This document shows positions 59,981 through 64,000 of a stretch of DNA of 64,000 bases, piece after piece. Origin of the DNA: Pecten maximus. Its lineage: Eukaryota. Location of the stretch: the NCBI RefSeq assembly GCF_902652985.1, contig NC_047026.1, positions 2,767,307-2,831,306 of the forward strand, given 5' to 3'. The notes below the pieces were generated by a model. The model worked only from the letters and a program-made list of their open reading frames with translations, was not told the DNA's origin and ran no database searches. The first letter of the stretch is position 1, and every line of letters begins with the position of its first letter. A program made the position numbers and the translations under genes.

Positions 59981-60104
59981 TTAACCACTCTTAAGGTGAT
60001 TCAAATTCTTATTTCATTGTTAGATAGTACATAATAGTATATAACAATAGATGAGCACCTGTTGTTCTGCCCCGCGGATCCTTTGTTGATTTTGCTCTTC
60101 TTTC

Positions 60105-60540
60105 TGACCTTTGACACTGATGATGTAAGATGCTGTAGGTATACATACCGTTATATATATTTATGATGTATGACTTTTGACCTTTGACACAGATAATGTA
60201 AGATGCTGTAGGTATGCGTACGGTATGTATTTATGATGTATGACTGACCTTTGACACAGATAATGTAGGTATGTGTACTGGTATGTATTTATGATGTATG
60301 ACTGTGTCCTTTGACACAGATAATGTATTTATGATGTATGACTGTGACCTTTGACACAGATAATGCAGGTATACATACCGTTATATATTTATGATGTATG
60401 ACTTTTGACCTTTGACACAGATAATGTAAGAAGCTGTAGGTATGCGTACCGGTATATATTTATGATGTATGACTGTGACCTTTGACACAGATAATGTAGG
60501 TATGCGTACCGGTATATATTTATGATGTATGACTGTGATG
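60105..60540. repeat. About 60-bp satellite (gtatgtatttatgatgtatgactgtgacctttgacacagataatgtag)
   Basis: About 7 units. Confidence 0.8.
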
Positions 60541-60874
60541 ATGTAGACCTGTTTACAGTCAAACCTCATTATCTTGAACTCTGATAACTCTATGACTCTG
60601 CTTAACTTAGTATTTCAGTATCTGAAGGTAAAATTTATATGTAAAACATATTTGGGGTTAACAGACCAATATTTGTTTACAACATTTGACATAGAACTTC
60701 TTGGTTGATCTGTGAACTTTGTCTTTTGACAATGTGGATGTACATCTATGCTTAAATCTCTGCATGTTGAACATGGATCTATTTTTACTTTTGTCCCTGG
60801 TCCTGTCATCCTTAAATGACCTTATAATTTTCTTTGGATGTTCGACAATGGGACAAAATCTAACCCTTATTGTA

Positions 60875-61440
60875 TATACAGGAACATTTGAGTATTTTTG
60901 ACCTTCAACTCTGTATATATACAGGTACATTTGAGTATTTCTGACCTTTGACACTGTATACATGTACATTTGAGTATTTTCGACCTTGACACTGTATATA
61001 TACAGGTACATTTGAGTATTTCTGACCTTTGACACTGTATACATGTACATTTGAGTATTTTCGACCTTCGACTCTGTATATATACAGGTACATTTGAGTA
61101 TTTCTGACCTTTGACACTGTATACATGTACATTTGAGTATTTTCGACCTTGACACTGTATATATACAGGTACATTTGAGTATTTCTGACCTTTGACACTG
61201 TATACATGTACATTTGAGTATTTTCGACCTTCGACACTATATACATGTACATTTGAGTATTTTTGACCTTGACACTATTTACGAGTACATTTGAGTATTT
61301 TCGACCTTTGACACTGTATTCATGTACATTTGAGTATTTTCGACCTTTGACACTATATACATGTACATTTGAGTATTTCCGACCTTTGACGTACACTATA
61401 CATATACATCAGTAATTTCAAACCTTCGTCAATATATACA
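60875..61440. repeat. About 60-bp satellite (ctgacctttgacactgtatacatgtacatttgagtattttcgacctt)
   Basis: About 9 units. Shares the gacctttgacac core with the array at 60105. The minus-strand ORFs are artifacts. Confidence 0.8.
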
Positions 61441-61476
61441 GCCATTTCTAACCATTGCTTCTGTATGGTGTTATAG

Positions 61477-61617
61477 GTCGGCCTGTTCTTCTGTCCGGCC
61501 CCTGTCGAGAGCTTAGTCGTAACCAACCAATCAGAATCCACGACAGAGAAATCCATGGTTCGTCTGGTTTGCGGTGACCAGTTGGGAAACATCCACTACC
61601 TCACCTGGCGACAATAG
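61477..61617 (+). CDS. TEP1: TEP1-like terminal coding exon (..LVCGDQLGNIHYLTWRQ, stop TAG)
   Basis: Acceptor ggtgttatag|GTC. Stop TAG at 61615-61617. Matches human C-terminus LAVGDVQGNVYFLNWE*. Confidence 0.85.
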   Translation, partial: VGLFFCPAPVESLVVTNQSESTTEKSMVRLVCGDQLGNIHYLTWRQ

Positions 61618-61649
61618 ACACAGGTAACAACAAACGGCTGGAAGTAACC

Positions 61650-61655
61650 AATAAA
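61650..61655 (+). other. Candidate polyadenylation signal AATAAA 33 nt after the stop
   Basis: Hexamer only. A GT immediately after the stop could instead be a 3'UTR intron donor. Confidence 0.2.
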
Positions 61656-62111
61656 ATGAACAAGGATTACCGTACAGTTCGCAGTTTGGTGGAAGTGATG
61701 TACGGTCCGCAGTTTGGTTGTTGAAATCATTGGCATGGCTCATGTACCAAACCCTAAATTATCACCAGGTACTAAACATAACATGAAAATTATCACTAAA
61801 GGAAAAATATCATGATTGTCCGACGTCTGCTCCAAGGTGTTCCTTGTAGCCATGGCAATATATATATATAATATATAATCCCCTGAAGAGCGGCACAATG
61901 TAGCCGCGAAAGTACTAGGGAGACAGCAGATCTGTGTTTGACTTTTTTATTTTATCATATATATATATAAGTAATCCCTGTACATAACTGTGATATGTCA
62001 ACACCTACAACCCAGCCTTTCTGTTGAAATTGTATTTCACAAACAATTGTTATTGTCTCTGAAAATATTAGATGTTGTTTCTTCTGAATTTTACTTTGTT
62101 TTGTTTTGTGA

Positions 62112-62335
62112 GGGGCCACGGTGGCCTAGTCGTTAAGGTGTTCCGACACTTTATCACTAGCCCTCCACCTCTGGGTTGCGAGTTCGAAACCTAAGTGGGG
62201 CAGTTGCCTGGTACTGACCGTAGGCCGGAGGTTTTTCTCCAGGTACTCTGGCTTTCCTCCACCTCCAAAACCTGGCACGTCCTTAAATGACCCTGGCTGT
62301 TAATAGGACGTTAAACACAAACAAACGAACAAAAT
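62112..62335 (+). mobile_element. tRNA-derived SINE, family A, full copy (3' flank of gene)
   Basis: ggggccacggtggcctagtcgttaaggtg ... ctggctgttaataggacgttaaacacaaacaaacg. Confidence 0.8.
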
Positions 62336-63469
62336 TGTTTTGTTAGACTAAGACATTTACCTACAGTGATCATATATATCGGGCCCCTGCTTCATAATTT
62401 TTCTGGATTTAAGGAAAAAATCACAGATTAGGAACATTTCTTGAATTAATTATGCAATACTTTTCTATGGGAATTTATATTGTTGAAACCAGGGCCTATA
62501 AACTAAAGCGGAAAGGCTGGTTTGACTGGTCAAAAAGTTACAAGGGCCTGTACATTTATATTGTATTATTATAGTTAAGACATTTGCATTTAGATAACAT
62601 TCTACTCAACATTTTAAAAATACAGTGACATTCGTGTAATGCCATAAATGAATATTGACTTTATTTATGTTTTGTTTTTTTTTCACTTTATTTAATCTAT
62701 TTTTTATAGCCTTGTACCCTATTTTCAGTTCCTGGTCTGGAACATCTGTGACATTATAAATTAATTAAATTTTTTTTTTTCATTCTGATCAAAATTAATA
62801 AACCATCATATTTCAAGTCAATATGATAGGTAAAGGGTATTTTATGAATTAGGTGGTTATGATCGGCCCTTGGTATATTATGAATGAATATCCTCTGTAG
62901 GCTACTAGGGTTTGAATGGAACTCTTAAAAAATGTTTGGGGTCCTTTTCATTTCTGTATTTTAAAATGCTATTAGCTTAAAAACTTATCTCTAGTCGTGA
63001 TTTAATCAGGCTGACCCAGTAACATTCTTTTAGTTGACATCGCTGGTAATGAATTTAAAATATGAATCTTTACATAAAATTTCAATTTTAACTGATGGCT
63101 TTTTGTGTTGGATCACTCTAATGCATTTTTTATACTGACCTCACACCTGAAGCTTACCTGTGCTAATTACGGTTAACGACTTTTTAGTGTGTCTCTTGTC
63201 CCCCAGGGAATTTTAAGTTGTATTAATTTATCAGGACCATTACAGCCCAGGATTGTCTTGATATGGTACATTAGCTCGGGGTGACGGCCTGTGTCTGGGA
63301 TATTAGCTCGGGGACGGTACCTTATGTAATCATTAGTGCGAAGTACTTCATCAAGTGCAGTTCCAACTGATTTAATCTCAAAAATACTTTGTGTGTAACA
63401 CACCTTACTATGCTAATGTTAGAGATAAGAAATTCCAAAGGTTTTCGTAGTTTAGGGCATTTAACAAAA

Positions 63470-63770
63470 AAATACAGATCAGAGGAAATTTCATACAATA
63501 GATAATTTTTTTTATTATGATGGAAGAGCTATCAAAATTTGAAGACAGTAACTATATTTGCGAACAGTTTTTTTTAACAATTTGGAGATTTAATGTTAAG
63601 GAAACAAGGTTATTTCATAGTTTAGGGCAGAGATCAGAAGAGATTTTATATAATAGATAATTTTTTTTATTATGATGGAAGAGCTATCAAAATTTGGAGA
63701 CAGTAACTATATTTGCGAACAGTTTTTTTTAACAACTTGGAGATTTAATGTTAAGGAAACGAGGTTAATC
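63470..63770. repeat. About 170-bp tandem duplication
   Basis: ..tttcatacaatagataattttttttattatgatggaagagctatcaaaatttgaagacagtaactatatttgcgaacag.. appears twice. Confidence 0.8.
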
Positions 63771-64000
63771 GCAAAAGTACAAAATGACTCATATATCAAT
63801 TCTCCTTAGAAAAAAAAAGGGATGTAATTGTCAGACATTTTTTTCTCTTAATTAATATTCAGTCATATCTCCATATATGGACATTGTGTATTCTATGAGA
63901 ATTCTAGAAAGTAATATGAGGGATGAGTAATGCATAATTTTAGAATCTTAAATTGACATTTTCCGCAATTTGAATAGACATTTGCACTCATTCACTTTGG

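Larger units (their letters stand above)
3755..61617 (+). other. TEP1: TEP1-like gene locus (telomerase protein component 1 / vault protein ortholog), 53 coding exons in window
   Basis: Conceptual splicing of GT-AG exons gives a continuous ORF. It has a TROVE domain (..EPEFILK, LPSDWIEVAEIYQ, LAKYN, GKRMKLPIPETWE, KLPFMAMLRNL, FPFRF match human TEP1 closely), a DUF4062 module (RVFISSTFRDMHGERD, DLRWGVTE, LGILGERYGWIP, SVTEMEM), a NACHT domain (GKPGTGKS, LLVFIDGID, SPFNNQ), WD40 repeats and a C-terminus ending IHYLTWRQ*. Phases are consistent across all junctions except one. Confidence 0.85.

Noticed and set aside
1-64000. Prokaryotic-style features (operons, CRISPR arrays, defence systems). 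The ORF-track TTG/GTG starts suggest a bacterial table
   Set aside because: The sequence is clearly eukaryotic. It has a phase-consistent GT-AG multi-exon gene homologous to metazoan TEP1, SINEs and Tc1/mariner MITEs. The direct repeats are minisatellites without unique spacers, so there is no CRISPR.

Overview
This window is eukaryotic, not prokaryotic. It is AT-rich with GT-AG introns and dense SINE, MITE and minisatellite content, and is probably an invertebrate (bivalve-mollusc-like; that guess is low confidence). The ORF track treats TTG and GTG as starts, so its M-initiated ORFs are mostly artifacts. Almost the whole window (3755-61617, + strand) is one large gene, an ortholog of telomerase/vault-associated protein TEP1. 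I reconstructed 53 coding exons, about 8.19 kb of CDS and about 2730 aa. They encode an N-terminal low-complexity region, a TROVE domain with a vWA-like MIDAS motif, a DUF4062 module, a NACHT ATPase (Walker A GKPGTGKS, Walker B LLVFIDGIDIM), a long WD40 array, and a C-terminus (..GDQLGNIHYLTWRQ*) matching the human TEP1 C-terminus. Intron phases are consistent across all 53 exons except for one apparent +1 frameshift in a WD40 exon near 39607. The introns carry several repeat classes. A tRNA-derived SINE family has four full sense-oriented copies, one copy split by a nested insertion, and one antisense fragment. A second SINE family shares its 3' module with the first. There are three tRNA-Lys-like SINE units, two Tc1/mariner-like MITEs with TA target-site duplications, and two TIR-bounded elements carrying an approximately 155-bp internal satellite, one of which is inserted into a SINE copy. 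There are more than 20 minisatellite or satellite arrays. The most unusual observation is that at least six tandem arrays are seeded at exon-intron junctions: the repeated unit contains the exon edge plus the GT donor or AG acceptor. This creates tens of cryptic splice sites, including about 69 copies of a 26-bp CAG|GTAAGG unit. No prokaryotic defence or CRISPR-like system is present.
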